Below are positions 6,359 through 14,335 of a stretch of 16,606 nt of DNA, one piece after another; within the stretch, counting starts at the first letter, position 1, and each line of letters begins with the position of its first letter. Source of the DNA: a virus. Both the position numbers and the translations under genes were made by a program. The notes under the pieces were generated by a model that had not been told where the DNA came from, searched no databases, and saw only the letters and a program-made list of their open reading frames with translations. The stretch lies in IMG/VR virus record IMGVR_UViG_3300028516_000021. One strand, 5' to 3'.

Positions 6359-7331
6359 GGGGTCCTCCCAGGTCGGTACTGTTCACAGATTCCTGGTCTG
6401 CTAGCGGGTTCATGGCAGACATGGGATTAAGTTCCTGCATGTCAGTAGTACCGGCTGAGTCGTCAAGATTCCACGTCACGTCAACATTCAGCCCGTACTT
6501 GGCGTTAATCCACTCGCACGCATACTTGCGGGCCTGCAAATTCACTGCGCGCATGGCAAGAACCTGACCTGAGGAACCGCTGGCTTCCTCTACTACCATC
6601 CTTTCTTTCTTTGAGGAATTGACGTTCATAATTCCGAGCAGGGTTAGCGCCTCATTCCAGGTCCTAACCTTTGCCTCCATCACGTTGGGCAGGTAGTCCT
6701 TGTTGATCCCCGTGGAAATGGAACTAATCTTGTCCTGCAACGTGCCCATGCCGGTGACCGAGTTGACCTCAGCAATCATCGGATTACCCTCAGCCAGTTG
6801 CTTGTACGCGTCCATAACGGACTTGCGCTCGTTCGTGTCAGCCGTCAAAAGAACAGGAACACGCATATGGATAAGGTCAATCTCCGTGGTGGTGTCAATC
6901 TCTGACAGACGGCGCGCGTACACGCCAACGATATCCGTGTCACCAGTCCTCAGGTAGTTGTTCCAGATAGGGACGCAGAGGTCGGATTTCATCGTCTTAT
7001 TGACCATGGTGTTCCCATAGACAATGAACTCCGTCGGATTGTTGTACATGTTCGGGGTACCGAAACCGGCGCCGCGCAACGCGAAATAACGGCTGAACTC
7101 CTCATCCCAGAAGAACACACTAAGACCTTGGGAGAACAACGTCATCTCAAGGAACCTAGGATCAATCTCCTCGGGAAGACCAGTCCAGTGATACCGGTTC
7201 ATACACATCTCGGAAAGCACGCGCGCATACATGCGCGTAAGCGTCTCCTTACGCAACTTCCCCGGATCTACCGCCATTTCACGCAGGAACGGCGCGTAGA
7301 TCGCTTCTCCAACAAAATCTGGTTTACTCAT
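6351..7331 (-). CDS. Portal / upper collar (connector) protein, phi29 gp10-like
   Basis: YHWTGLPEEIDPRFLEMTLFSQG parallels phi29 [23 protein letters not shown]. Also shared are SSKKERMVVEE (phi29 LEKKERMVTDE) and KYGLNVDV (phi29 LYGLNVKV). Its start forms an ATGA overlap with the upstream knob gene. Confidence 0.9.
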   Translation of the reverse strand: MSKPDFVGEAIYAPFLREMAVDPGKLRKETLTRMYARVLSEMCMNRYHWTGLPEEIDPRFLEMTLFSQGLSVFFWDEEFSRYFALRGAGFGTPNMYNNPTEFIVYGNTMVNKTMKSDLCVPIWNNYLRTGDTDIVGVYARRLSEIDTTTEIDLIHMRVPVLLTADTNERKSVMDAYKQLAEGNPMIAEVNSVTGMGTLQDKISSISTGINKDYLPNVMEAKVRTWNEALTLLGIMNVNSSKKERMVVEEASGSSGQVLAMRAVNLQARKYACEWINAKYGLNVDVTWNLDDSAGTTDMQELNPMSAMNPLADQESVNSTDLGGPHE

Positions 7332-9616
7332 TGAGTCTTCTCCCAGTTAATCGGCTCATTCTTCTCTGCCACAGATGCCACGGTCTCACCACTCCTTACA
7401 GGATCATGCCATACGGTTACTCCCTTTTCAAGGATGCCCCTAAGAGTGTCTATATAGTTCTGAGGTACGGCAGTAGAGTTGACCCTGACATTCTGACACT
7501 TCCAGTATGTAAAACGAGTCATGCACCGGAGTTTAGAGGGTAGGTTGTTAATAAACACGTTCACTGCATATCCATACCTCTCCCAGAACGCCCCTTGACG
7601 GAGAATAATATCGGGAGAAACCATCCGCATACGTGTCTGCAATACAGCGCCATTAATGATCCAATTGAACGCGTCTCCACCAATAGAGCCAGAAACGGAC
7701 GGTGGAGTAATCTCAGCATCCCTAACAGAAGCATTAATCGACGCGATCTGCTGCTGATAGTCCCCCTGGGACGCCCATTTGGCTAGATCACGGTTAGCGG
7801 CCGCATTAGTTCCGGTGAGCATGTTCTGCTCACTCTGGTTAGCGCGAGTAAGGTTCTGAGAGATAACGTTGCTCAGGTTGCGAGCATTAATGTCGATACC
7901 CGTGGAGATGTCAGACGTGACCTGCCCCTGAACGTAGCCGCCCAACTGGCCGATAGCGCCAAGCGGGTTAGAGAACGCGGTGCTGGCCGCTCCACCGATT
8001 CCACTAATGGCACGGTTGGCGCTGTTCACCTGCTGGTGCGCCATTTGAGCAGTGTTCGCCAGGGCAGTATTCAGGTTCTGCGCACCCAGATTATTATTCA
8101 TAATCGCGTTGCCAGTACGAATACCACGCATCGTGGCGTCGAAGGACGTATCTGCCGCCCTAGTCGACTTATCCAGTCCCCAGGTTGCAGCCGACCTGCT
8201 CTGAGCAATCGACTTAGCGTTACTCGCATACCAAATCATGCTTTGATCATTAACTACCGGGACATGAGGGAAATTGTCGATAACAATCGCCTCATTAACA
8301 TACTCCATATCACCTTTCCACAACGTGGTCTTAACGGCGGAATTGTGACCGTACACGTAGCCCACAATCCTGGGAGACGGTGGCAAAATATGGTATTCCA
8401 TCCTCATTCCGATACTAGAATGAAAGCGCAACTGCTCAGGGGCGATGGTAACGGTTTGACCGTTATTGGCCGAAACCTCATAGTAGCAGTACGGAGAAGT
8501 GAAAAACTTACCAAACCTCTTCAATAGGGTAAGATGTCTTCTATTGAACGTTGCCCCTCCTTCGAACGCCTTGAGGTGCTTAGTAGAGGTAATGTCATCG
8601 GCCAGGATAAGCGGTTTCTGTACCACAACACCTGACACAATCCCTAGACCAGCATCACCCGCCTTTCCCTGGGCCGGCCTAACCTCTACGTAAGGTTTGG
8701 GGACGTAGTAGATATCCAAGATACCCTGAGACACCCAAGGGGCGTCGCTGAGCACCTTCATTACTGCCGGCAACTTATCGAGCGGGCACTGATACACATT
8801 GGCACCAGAAACAACGTTCGCGCCGTCTCTAGGCTGCCCCGTTCCAGTGTCATTAGGGACACGGTATTTAATGTTCGAGCCATAAGCGGACGACAGTGAA
8901 GGGTTTCCGGTAGTGCCGAAATCTCCTTCAAGATTAGTAGAAGAAATGATGATCGCGGTGAAATCGTACCGGTTTTTGTACTCACCCTGATTGTCGCTAA
9001 TCGAAGTAATCCAGGAACGGTAAATCATGTGACGTTCCCCGAGATCAAAACCTTCTGCGATCTTAAGGTTATTTCTGGCGAAGAAAGGCCACTTACCGGT
9101 ACTGTCAGACTCGTTAAACCTCAGTTTCTGGTCCGTGTACTCAAGCATATGAGACCTCTCCACGAACGCATCACCAAAATCAACTAGGTGCTGATACGTC
9201 TGCCAGACATCGAGCGAGACAGTGAGTTGAGTAGTCTCAGGGGCCACATAATCCACGGACTGGATGAAATAGAAGAACGTGGTGGCCCGGTTCTTCTGAG
9301 AAATCGGAAACGCGCTGTTCTGGACAATGAGGTAGTTATACGTATTCGCCTCACTGAACGGAATGGAAATGCGAACAGGCATACCCTGGGCACAATAGGT
9401 CAGGTTCTTAATGGAGACCGTAGGAAGGTTGCGCGTCTCATCAAATGAACGAATGTAGGCAATAGCCCTCTCCGGACTATCAAACCAATACACGTCCCGA
9501 TACATCGAGTCCCACGGCACGTTACACAACGTGACCTCAGTGCCCGGTCCCCACACCGAATAATCGAACTGAGTGCCGAATGAGGCACCGTTAGGCAGTG
9601 AATTAACGGTCGGCAT
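7328..9616 (-). CDS. Tail knob / major tail protein, phi29 gp9-like (762 aa)
   Basis: N-terminal LCNVPWDSMYRDVYWF and YNYLIVQN...FFYFIQSVDYVAPETTQLTVSLDVWQTY parallel phi29 gp9 (LADVPFSNDYKNTRWF; YIMFQN...WFYAFVTELEF...FEIDVLQTW). A Gly/Ala-rich internal loop (AISGIGGAASTAFSNPLGAIGQLGG) is present. C-terminal FWERYGYAVN...GILEKGVTVWHD parallels FFHKYGYKIN...IFDNGITLWHTD. Confidence 0.85.
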   Translation of the reverse strand: MPTVNSLPNGASFGTQFDYSVWGPGTEVTLCNVPWDSMYRDVYWFDSPERAIAYIRSFDETRNLPTVSIKNLTYCAQGMPVRISIPFSEANTYNYLIVQNSAFPISQKNRATTFFYFIQSVDYVAPETTQLTVSLDVWQTYQHLVDFGDAFVERSHMLEYTDQKLRFNESDSTGKWPFFARNNLKIAEGFDLGERHMIYRSWITSISDNQGEYKNRYDFTAIIISSTNLEGDFGTTGNPSLSSAYGSNIKYRVPNDTGTGQPRDGANVVSGANVYQCPLDKLPAVMKVLSDAPWVSQGILDIYYVPKPYVEVRPAQGKAGDAGLGIVSGVVVQKPLILADDITSTKHLKAFEGGATFNRRHLTLLKRFGKFFTSPYCYYEVSANNGQTVTIAPEQLRFHSSIGMRMEYHILPPSPRIVGYVYGHNSAVKTTLWKGDMEYVNEAIVIDNFPHVPVVNDQSMIWYASNAKSIAQSRSAATWGLDKSTRAADTSFDATMRGIRTGNAIMNNNLGAQNLNTALANTAQMAHQQVNSANRAISGIGGAASTAFSNPLGAIGQLGGYVQGQVTSDISTGIDINARNLSNVISQNLTRANQSEQNMLTGTNAAANRDLAKWASQGDYQQQIASINASVRDAEITPPSVSGSIGGDAFNWIINGAVLQTRMRMVSPDIILRQGAFWERYGYAVNVFINNLPSKLRCMTRFTYWKCQNVRVNSTAVPQNYIDTLRGILEKGVTVWHDPVRSGETVASVAEKNEPINWEKTQ

Positions 9617-9633
9617 ATCTCCTCCAAACTGAA

Positions 9634-9663
9634 ATGGGCACCGCCCAGGAGGACGGTGCCCAT
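9634..9663 (-). terminator. Intercistronic hairpin / leaky terminator directly after the capsid gene
   Basis: 10-bp stem atgggcaccg / cggtgcccat with a 10-nt loop. On the transcribed (minus) strand it is followed by TTTCAGTTT, then the SD GGAGGAG of the knob gene. It lies 16 nt after the capsid stop. Confidence 0.5.
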
Positions 9664-9678
9664 CAGTATAGGGGAGAA

Positions 9679-11118
9679 TCAGCCGTTAAGGCCAGCCACA
9701 TTATCCTTGGGGACAATGCTCAACTGCTGAGTCTTAGTCACGTACTTACCCGTAGCCAGATCAATCCAAGAGACCTTGACGCGCGCAATGACCAGTTGAC
9801 TGGTCTCGTTCGGGGACATGTAGATAAGGCCGTCATTATCAATCCGAGTACCCGTGTCCTTGTTACCCTCAATCGACCACTGCTCAGTGAACTCAATGTC
9901 CTCCTGACCAGCCTTGAGCCCGGTCAGAACAGCCTCCAACTGGGCCGTACCACCCTTAACCATGCGAGCACTGGTCTTATCCACGTTACGCACGTCAGCC
10001 TCGTTGGCGTCGATCACGAACTGCAAGCGATCAATAGTAACCGCGCTAGCAATCTCAATCGTATCCCGAGCAGTATCGGGAGCGGTAGAGAACTTGACAA
10101 TGGGTGCGAACGGGGAAGCAGAGATGATCTCCCAGTGATGCAGGAAGAAATTAGTCTGCCGAGAAATCGGATTGAACTCACTCGTAGTCTCAAGAGACGT
10201 ATCCGCAATGACGAAGAAATCCTTAGTGGTCAGGAAAGCCTGAACACCGTTCATCGCAATATCCTCCTGACGAATCTCGATAATACGAGACGGGACGTCA
10301 GCGTAGGACACGTTGAACAGGACGGCCAGTGCGTTCACGTCAAGACCGGACTTGACCTCAGGAGTAGCGAACAGGATAAGGTCCTCAGGCTTAGCCGAGA
10401 TAGGCATCCTAGCCCCGTTGAAACGGGTGGAAAGGAACTGCATGTTACCCGCAGTAGCCCGAATCTTACGGAGCAGAGAACGCGCCTGAGGTTCAGTGGA
10501 GTCCATCTTAGCAACGTCAGGAACATTGACGTTGAACATCGGGTACTTGTTATCCATAACCCGGAAGAGAGCACTCATCATAAGGTACTCATCCCAGTTA
10601 TCCGCCGTGGTAGGGGAGGACATGATCTGCTGAGTCAACTGGTCAAGGCCAGATGGATCGAGGAAAGCCCGCTTGAGCGTGTTATCGTCAATCGTAATCT
10701 TGTAAAAGTCCTCACGGTCAACAGTATGGAAAGCCGTAGCAACGTCAAGGTCGGCGCGCCCAAAGATATCACGCTCAAGGTAATCACGGTCATGGCTGTA
10801 GTGGTTCGCCTTGACGATACCGACCTGAATCTCCTCGATAGTGTCACCGAACTCAAGGGCGCCGCGCTTGAGTTCACCCAGAGGGTTATACCAAATGTTG
10901 TTGCGGGCGTACACGAGCCCGATACGGTTAATAAGGGACTCAATGAACTCGTTCTTATGCGGACGGAAACTGAAAATCGCATCAGCAACGTCCGCCACAT
11001 TACCCTTGTCGGCCGCCGGGATACGCTTGTGGTAATCCAGGGACGCGTCATTGCGAATAGCGTTAAGAATATTAACGTTATCCGCGTTACGAACCTTACC
11101 GTAATACCGCCGTGCCAT
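9679..11118 (-). CDS. Major capsid protein, phi29 gp8-like, with C-terminal Ig-like (BIG2-type) domain
   Basis: NILNAIRND, SLINRIGLVYARN..NPLGELKRG...TIEEI, FYKITIDDNTLKRAF and LRKIRATAG parallel remembered phi29 gp8 (DIVNAIRNS, SLVDRIGLVVIRQ..NPLKKFKKG...TIEEI, FYHQTIQDDSLKTAF, VKKMRATAR). The C-terminal ~90 aa (VKGGTAQLEAVLTG...WSIEGNKDTGTRIDNDGLIYMSPNETSQLVIARVKV) resembles the gp8 BIG2 domain. Confidence 0.9.
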   Translation of the reverse strand: MARRYYGKVRNADNVNILNAIRNDASLDYHKRIPAADKGNVADVADAIFSFRPHKNEFIESLINRIGLVYARNNIWYNPLGELKRGALEFGDTIEEIQVGIVKANHYSHDRDYLERDIFGRADLDVATAFHTVDREDFYKITIDDNTLKRAFLDPSGLDQLTQQIMSSPTTADNWDEYLMMSALFRVMDNKYPMFNVNVPDVAKMDSTEPQARSLLRKIRATAGNMQFLSTRFNGARMPISAKPEDLILFATPEVKSGLDVNALAVLFNVSYADVPSRIIEIRQEDIAMNGVQAFLTTKDFFVIADTSLETTSEFNPISRQTNFFLHHWEIISASPFAPIVKFSTAPDTARDTIEIASAVTIDRLQFVIDANEADVRNVDKTSARMVKGGTAQLEAVLTGLKAGQEDIEFTEQWSIEGNKDTGTRIDNDGLIYMSPNETSQLVIARVKVSWIDLATGKYVTKTQQLSIVPKDNVAGLNG

Positions 11119-11483
11119 TAATTCTTCTCCTCATCATCGTCAGAGTCGCTAGTGGAAATAAGATCATCGAACGTCACGCCCTCATAATCGGCAGCACCGT
11201 CCTCGCCCGGCAACTTGTTCGCGGCGTCGCTAGGGTCACTCCCCGGCTGGGCCATGAGCAGGTCATAGTTCTTGCCCTTGAGGTCGGAGATCATCTTCTC
11301 CTTCTCCTCAAGCATGCTGTTAAGGTCCGTCATCTTAGAATCGAAACCGCCAGCAAAATCGGTCATCTCGTTCCAGATATTCGAGAGATTATCTAGCGTA
11401 TCGGAATGGTCCGCCCCAAGAATCTCCCCCAAACCACTGAGAGCAGAACCGAACTTGCTCCCAATCTCATCAAGGAAACCCAT
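11118..11483 (-). CDS. Putative scaffolding protein (121 aa, acidic, coiled-coil)
   Basis: It lies immediately upstream of the capsid gene with a TAATG overlap, as phi29 gp7 does. It has a helical/heptad centre (LNSMLEEKEKMISDLKGKNYDLL) and a very acidic tail (STSDSDDDEEKN). I place the start at ATG 11483, after AAGGGAGGAAAG. The call rests on position and composition only. Confidence 0.55.
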   Translation of the reverse strand: MGFLDEIGSKFGSALSGLGEILGADHSDTLDNLSNIWNEMTDFAGGFDSKMTDLNSMLEEKEKMISDLKGKNYDLLMAQPGSDPSDAANKLPGEDGAADYEGVTFDDLISTSDSDDDEEKN

Positions 11484-11508
11484 CTTTCCTCCCTTTTCGC
11501 GCACAAAA

Positions 11509-11540
11509 GATATGGTGGGTACTTACGTACCCACCATATC
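11509..11540 (-). terminator. Intrinsic terminator at the end of the early (replication) gene block
   Basis: 14-bp stem gatatggtgggtac / gtacccaccatatc with a 4-nt loop. On the minus strand it is followed by TTTTGTG. It lies about 80 nt after the RHH stop and 25 nt before the scaffold ATG. Confidence 0.6.
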
Positions 11541-11618
11541 ACTGCGGAGAGAGACCAGACAGCCCCAGGAGGTGTCAGCCCATCAAGTACCGAGCGGTTT
11601 CAGCCGGTGACATCCCGG

Positions 11619-11786
11619 TCACTTGCCAGTGCTCGCCTTAATCTCCTCCACGGCCTTGGTGACAATCTCCGTCAGAATCTCAGGAACCTCACGACGCAGA
11701 GTCCAGTGCGCCTCATCGAGAGCGTCGGCAACCTCATCGGTGACGGTGACAGTCAGGTTCTTGTGTCCAGCCTTAACGCGTGCCAT
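11619..11786 (-). CDS. Small ribbon-helix-helix (CopG/Arc-type) DNA-binding protein, 55 aa - candidate transcription regulator
   Basis: I place the start at ATG 11786, after GAGGAGAAG. MARVKAGHKNLTVTVTDEVADALDEAHWTLRREVPEILTEIVTKAVEE fits the RHH pattern: a short beta strand (LTVTV), helix, turn, helix. It lies between the polymerase and the late genes. The track start at 11861 is a TTG inside the polymerase gene. Confidence 0.5.
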   Translation of the reverse strand: MARVKAGHKNLTVTVTDEVADALDEAHWTLRREVPEILTEIVTKAVEEIKASTGK

Positions 11787-11799
11787 GTTTTCTTCTCCT

Positions 11800-13452
11800 C
11801 TATCTGAGTGTGAATGTTGTGTTAGAGAGGACCACTCCTCCGGGAACTCTCTTGGGTACAAGTTTACCGTCCCAAGTTCGCGGCGTCAACAAGTCCTCCA
11901 ACCTGACTTGAGCGGCAATCTCGGCAGGCAGTCCAGCAATGTGAACATCGTCATGGTCACCGAACCGCTCGCAGTACTGTTTTGCCCTCAAGAACACGCC
12001 GTCATCGAATGGCTGACCGTCGTGCTCCACCTTCCAGGCGCCCAACTCGGTCGGGTGTAGGTAGAGGTCAGGCTCATCCGGTCCCAGCAGGTGGAGGGAG
12101 TCGGTGTCGCAGTACAGGAATCTGTCGTAGTTCGCTTGAGCACTGTTAATGAGGTCCTGCCGGGCATAGGCGGTAATGAAGGCGCCCATGGCCGTGTATA
12201 CAGGGTTGCTCTCCTCATGGTCGCACATAGTGAGTTGAACGGTCCCGTTCTCATCAAGGTATGGGCGCTTGCCGGTAACGTCCGTATTCTTGGCAAACTT
12301 TCCGTACAACGAGTTAAGGTGTAGTTTAGCAATGGTCCTTGCCCCTCCGGTGCTATTTGCTTTAACTGCCATCCACTTATCGATATAATCGTTGAACAGT
12401 CCCTCGGTGGCCTTGAAATTCCAGCAGCCACTAATCGAGTAAATGGCTATGTCGTACTGCTGCATCCACAACTCAAGGTCAATATTGGTGATCGTTACTG
12501 TCGTAGGTTCAGGAACGGACTCAAGGAACTCGTTAGCATTGAACTGCAACGAGCGCTTGAGTTGGATACATGGCAGGTGGCCAGGCTTGAGCCGCGCCGT
12601 GAACGTCAATGAGATGGTGTACAGGTCCGCCGTAGGGTCCTCGCTCTCAGACCACCACGGGCGCCCGTAGGGGAGTGGCTTCGTCCTCATGACCCATGGG
12701 TACATAGAATTCTTGTCAATAACGATGCCGGGGCCTGTACGCTTACGCACCCATTGCTTCGCCGGCATTGCGATACCTCCTCTATATGCGGCCCTAATGT
12801 CGTCATCTACTGTTTTCGATAGTGTGGGGAATGTTCTGCTGAAACCTTTCCCGTGCAATGACTTGAACTCGGCCAGTGAATCGGCTCCAACTGTCAGTTT
12901 CGTCATGCCGCTTGCGAGAATGACGCGCATCGCTTGGGCCATGATGTAGATATCGTTGTACAGGTATTTCCATTCGTCTTCCGTGGGCAGGTAGCCGATA
13001 GGTCGTTCAGCCTCATAGTCGATCTCTCCCTTAACCGACTCAAGATTGAACGCCTTAGGAACGTCCCTAACGGGTAGGGGAATTTTCTTGAGTGAGTCCC
13101 TGAGTTCTACCTTAACACCGTTCTTTGAGACGATGGTGATGGAGTAAAACTTGTTCATATTGCTAATAACCGTGGAGAACTCACCTTTTCCCGGTTTGTC
13201 GCCCACCCATTTATACCCGTTTTTCAGGATATGGTCGATAATGAATAGGCCGTCGAACGCAAGGTTGTGGAAGAATGTCACGTTAGGCGCAGATAGGAGA
13301 TATGCGACATAGGCGCCAACTCCTAACCCGACCTCATAGTCCTCGTAGTCATTGACTGCCATACTTCCCCATGACCACACTCGGCAGTCAAGAGGGTTAG
13401 TTGTTGTCTCGAAATCTGCACACCTAGCGTTAGATATCGAGTGTCTTGGCAT
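11800..13452 (-). CDS. Family-B, protein-primed DNA polymerase (phi29 gp2-like), 550 aa
   Basis: Exonuclease motifs: ExoI CADFETTT, ExoII FHNLAFDGLFI, ExoIII YLYNDIYIM. Polymerase motifs: A VIDKNSMYPW (Dx2SLYP), B KLHLNSLYGKF (Kx3NSxYG), C YCDTDS, and KxY (RAKQY). The N-terminus MPRHSISNARCADFETTTNPLDCRVWSWG parallels phi29 MPRKMYSCDFETTTKVEDCRVWAYG, so I start at ATG 13452 rather than the GTG at 13494. Confidence 0.95.
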   Translation of the reverse strand: MPRHSISNARCADFETTTNPLDCRVWSWGSMAVNDYEDYEVGLGVGAYVAYLLSAPNVTFFHNLAFDGLFIIDHILKNGYKWVGDKPGKGEFSTVISNMNKFYSITIVSKNGVKVELRDSLKKIPLPVRDVPKAFNLESVKGEIDYEAERPIGYLPTEDEWKYLYNDIYIMAQAMRVILASGMTKLTVGADSLAEFKSLHGKGFSRTFPTLSKTVDDDIRAAYRGGIAMPAKQWVRKRTGPGIVIDKNSMYPWVMRTKPLPYGRPWWSESEDPTADLYTISLTFTARLKPGHLPCIQLKRSLQFNANEFLESVPEPTTVTITNIDLELWMQQYDIAIYSISGCWNFKATEGLFNDYIDKWMAVKANSTGGARTIAKLHLNSLYGKFAKNTDVTGKRPYLDENGTVQLTMCDHEESNPVYTAMGAFITAYARQDLINSAQANYDRFLYCDTDSLHLLGPDEPDLYLHPTELGAWKVEHDGQPFDDGVFLRAKQYCERFGDHDDVHIAGLPAEIAAQVRLEDLLTPRTWDGKLVPKRVPGGVVLSNTTFTLR

Positions 13453-14266
13453 ACTTGTAATACTCCATTGCCCTACCGATGGATTGCTCACCACGCTCCA
13501 TGGCAGAATCGATCATCCCGTCTGAGAGTTGATTAGACCCATCTAGGACTTTCATTTGCATCATCATAGCGTCATACTTGAGAGCCAACTCGTTCGGGAA
13601 ATCTGTGTAAGCCCAGATAAACCAGAACTGCTCATCGGAAAGAGAGTTGAACTTAACGCGCAACTCCTCATCGCCAATGATATCCATCATGTCATTCATA
13701 TAGCCACGGGCCTTAGTCACCAGTTCCCTGCTCGTGTACTGGCGGCGAATATCGTCGTTGCGTAGAGCAATCATCTTCGCACCCTCAGTACCCATGAGTT
13801 GGGTAGGGGAGTAGATCTTAAGTTTCTTCATACCGTCATACGCCTCGGTGCCGTGCACGGGGTGAGTTGGCGTCATCATTGCGCGCCTTTCCTTGACCGT
13901 CATCCCCAGCGGCTTAATGTAGACGTCCTGATACTTGGCCTGCTCGGCATCAACACTATTGTTGATTTTACGCACGGAGTTCACGTAATTGCGGTACGAC
14001 TGACGGGTGACGATGGTTCCACGTGCACCCTTGTAGTAGCCAACATGTCCTTTACGGAAATAGGCTTGCTTCTCAAGGAGTTTCTTGAGCCGGTCACCTG
14101 ACATTCGAGAAATAGCGTCCTTACCCACACGAGGGTCATACTCCATACCCGTAATGTCGATGCCGTAATCACCCTTAGCCATCCGCTTGATCTTACGAGT
14201 CACCAGTGACTCAGACTTCAACGCGGCCTTACGCAGATCGGCTAATTCCTCTTTACTGTACCTCAC
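13430..14266 (-). CDS. Terminal protein (replication primer, phi29 gp3-like), 278 aa
   Basis: It lies directly upstream of the polymerase and overlaps it, as in phi29, and is of similar size. DYGIDIT and MTVKERRAMMTPTHPVHG parallel remembered phi29 TP (KYGVDLT, GTIEQRIAMTSPAHVTG). The start is GTG 14266 with GGGGAGGA 6 nt upstream. Confidence 0.75.
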   Translation of the reverse strand: MRYSKEELADLRKAALKSESLVTRKIKRMAKGDYGIDITGMEYDPRVGKDAISRMSGDRLKKLLEKQAYFRKGHVGYYKGARGTIVTRQSYRNYVNSVRKINNSVDAEQAKYQDVYIKPLGMTVKERRAMMTPTHPVHGTEAYDGMKKLKIYSPTQLMGTEGAKMIALRNDDIRRQYTSRELVTKARGYMNDMMDIIGDEELRVKFNSLSDEQFWFIWAYTDFPNELALKYDAMMMQMKVLDGSNQLSDGMIDSAMERGEQSIGRAMEYYKYAKTLDI

Positions 14267-14272
14267 GATAAA

Positions 14273-14306
14273 TCCTCCCCGCCCTCCCTATGGAGGACGG
14301 GGAGGA
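14273..14306 (-). promoter_or_regulatory. Intercistronic hairpin between SSB and terminal-protein genes; its 3' arm contains the TP Shine-Dalgarno
   Basis: 15-bp stem with one mismatch (tcctccccgccctcc / ggaggacggggagga) and a 4-nt loop. On the minus strand it is followed by TTTATC and then the GTG start of the TP gene. The GGAGG of the TP SD is part of the stem. Confidence 0.45.
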
Positions 14307-14335
14307 CTCTACTAGCCTGACCTAAGGTCTAGGTG

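Noticed and set aside
9634-11121. A 495-aa open reading frame on the plus strand, mirroring the whole major capsid gene
   Set aside because: It is in exact codon register with the minus-strand capsid gene, so its stops would need TTA, CTA or TCA codons in that gene. The capsid gene strongly avoids A-ending codons, and my read-through of its codons found none of those three. That alone keeps the mirror frame open. Its ATG lies inside the post-capsid hairpin with no proper SD spacing. The product (GRGGHDLL..., rich in R, L, V and N) looks like antisense translation. The minus-strand product has clear phi29 gp8 similarity.
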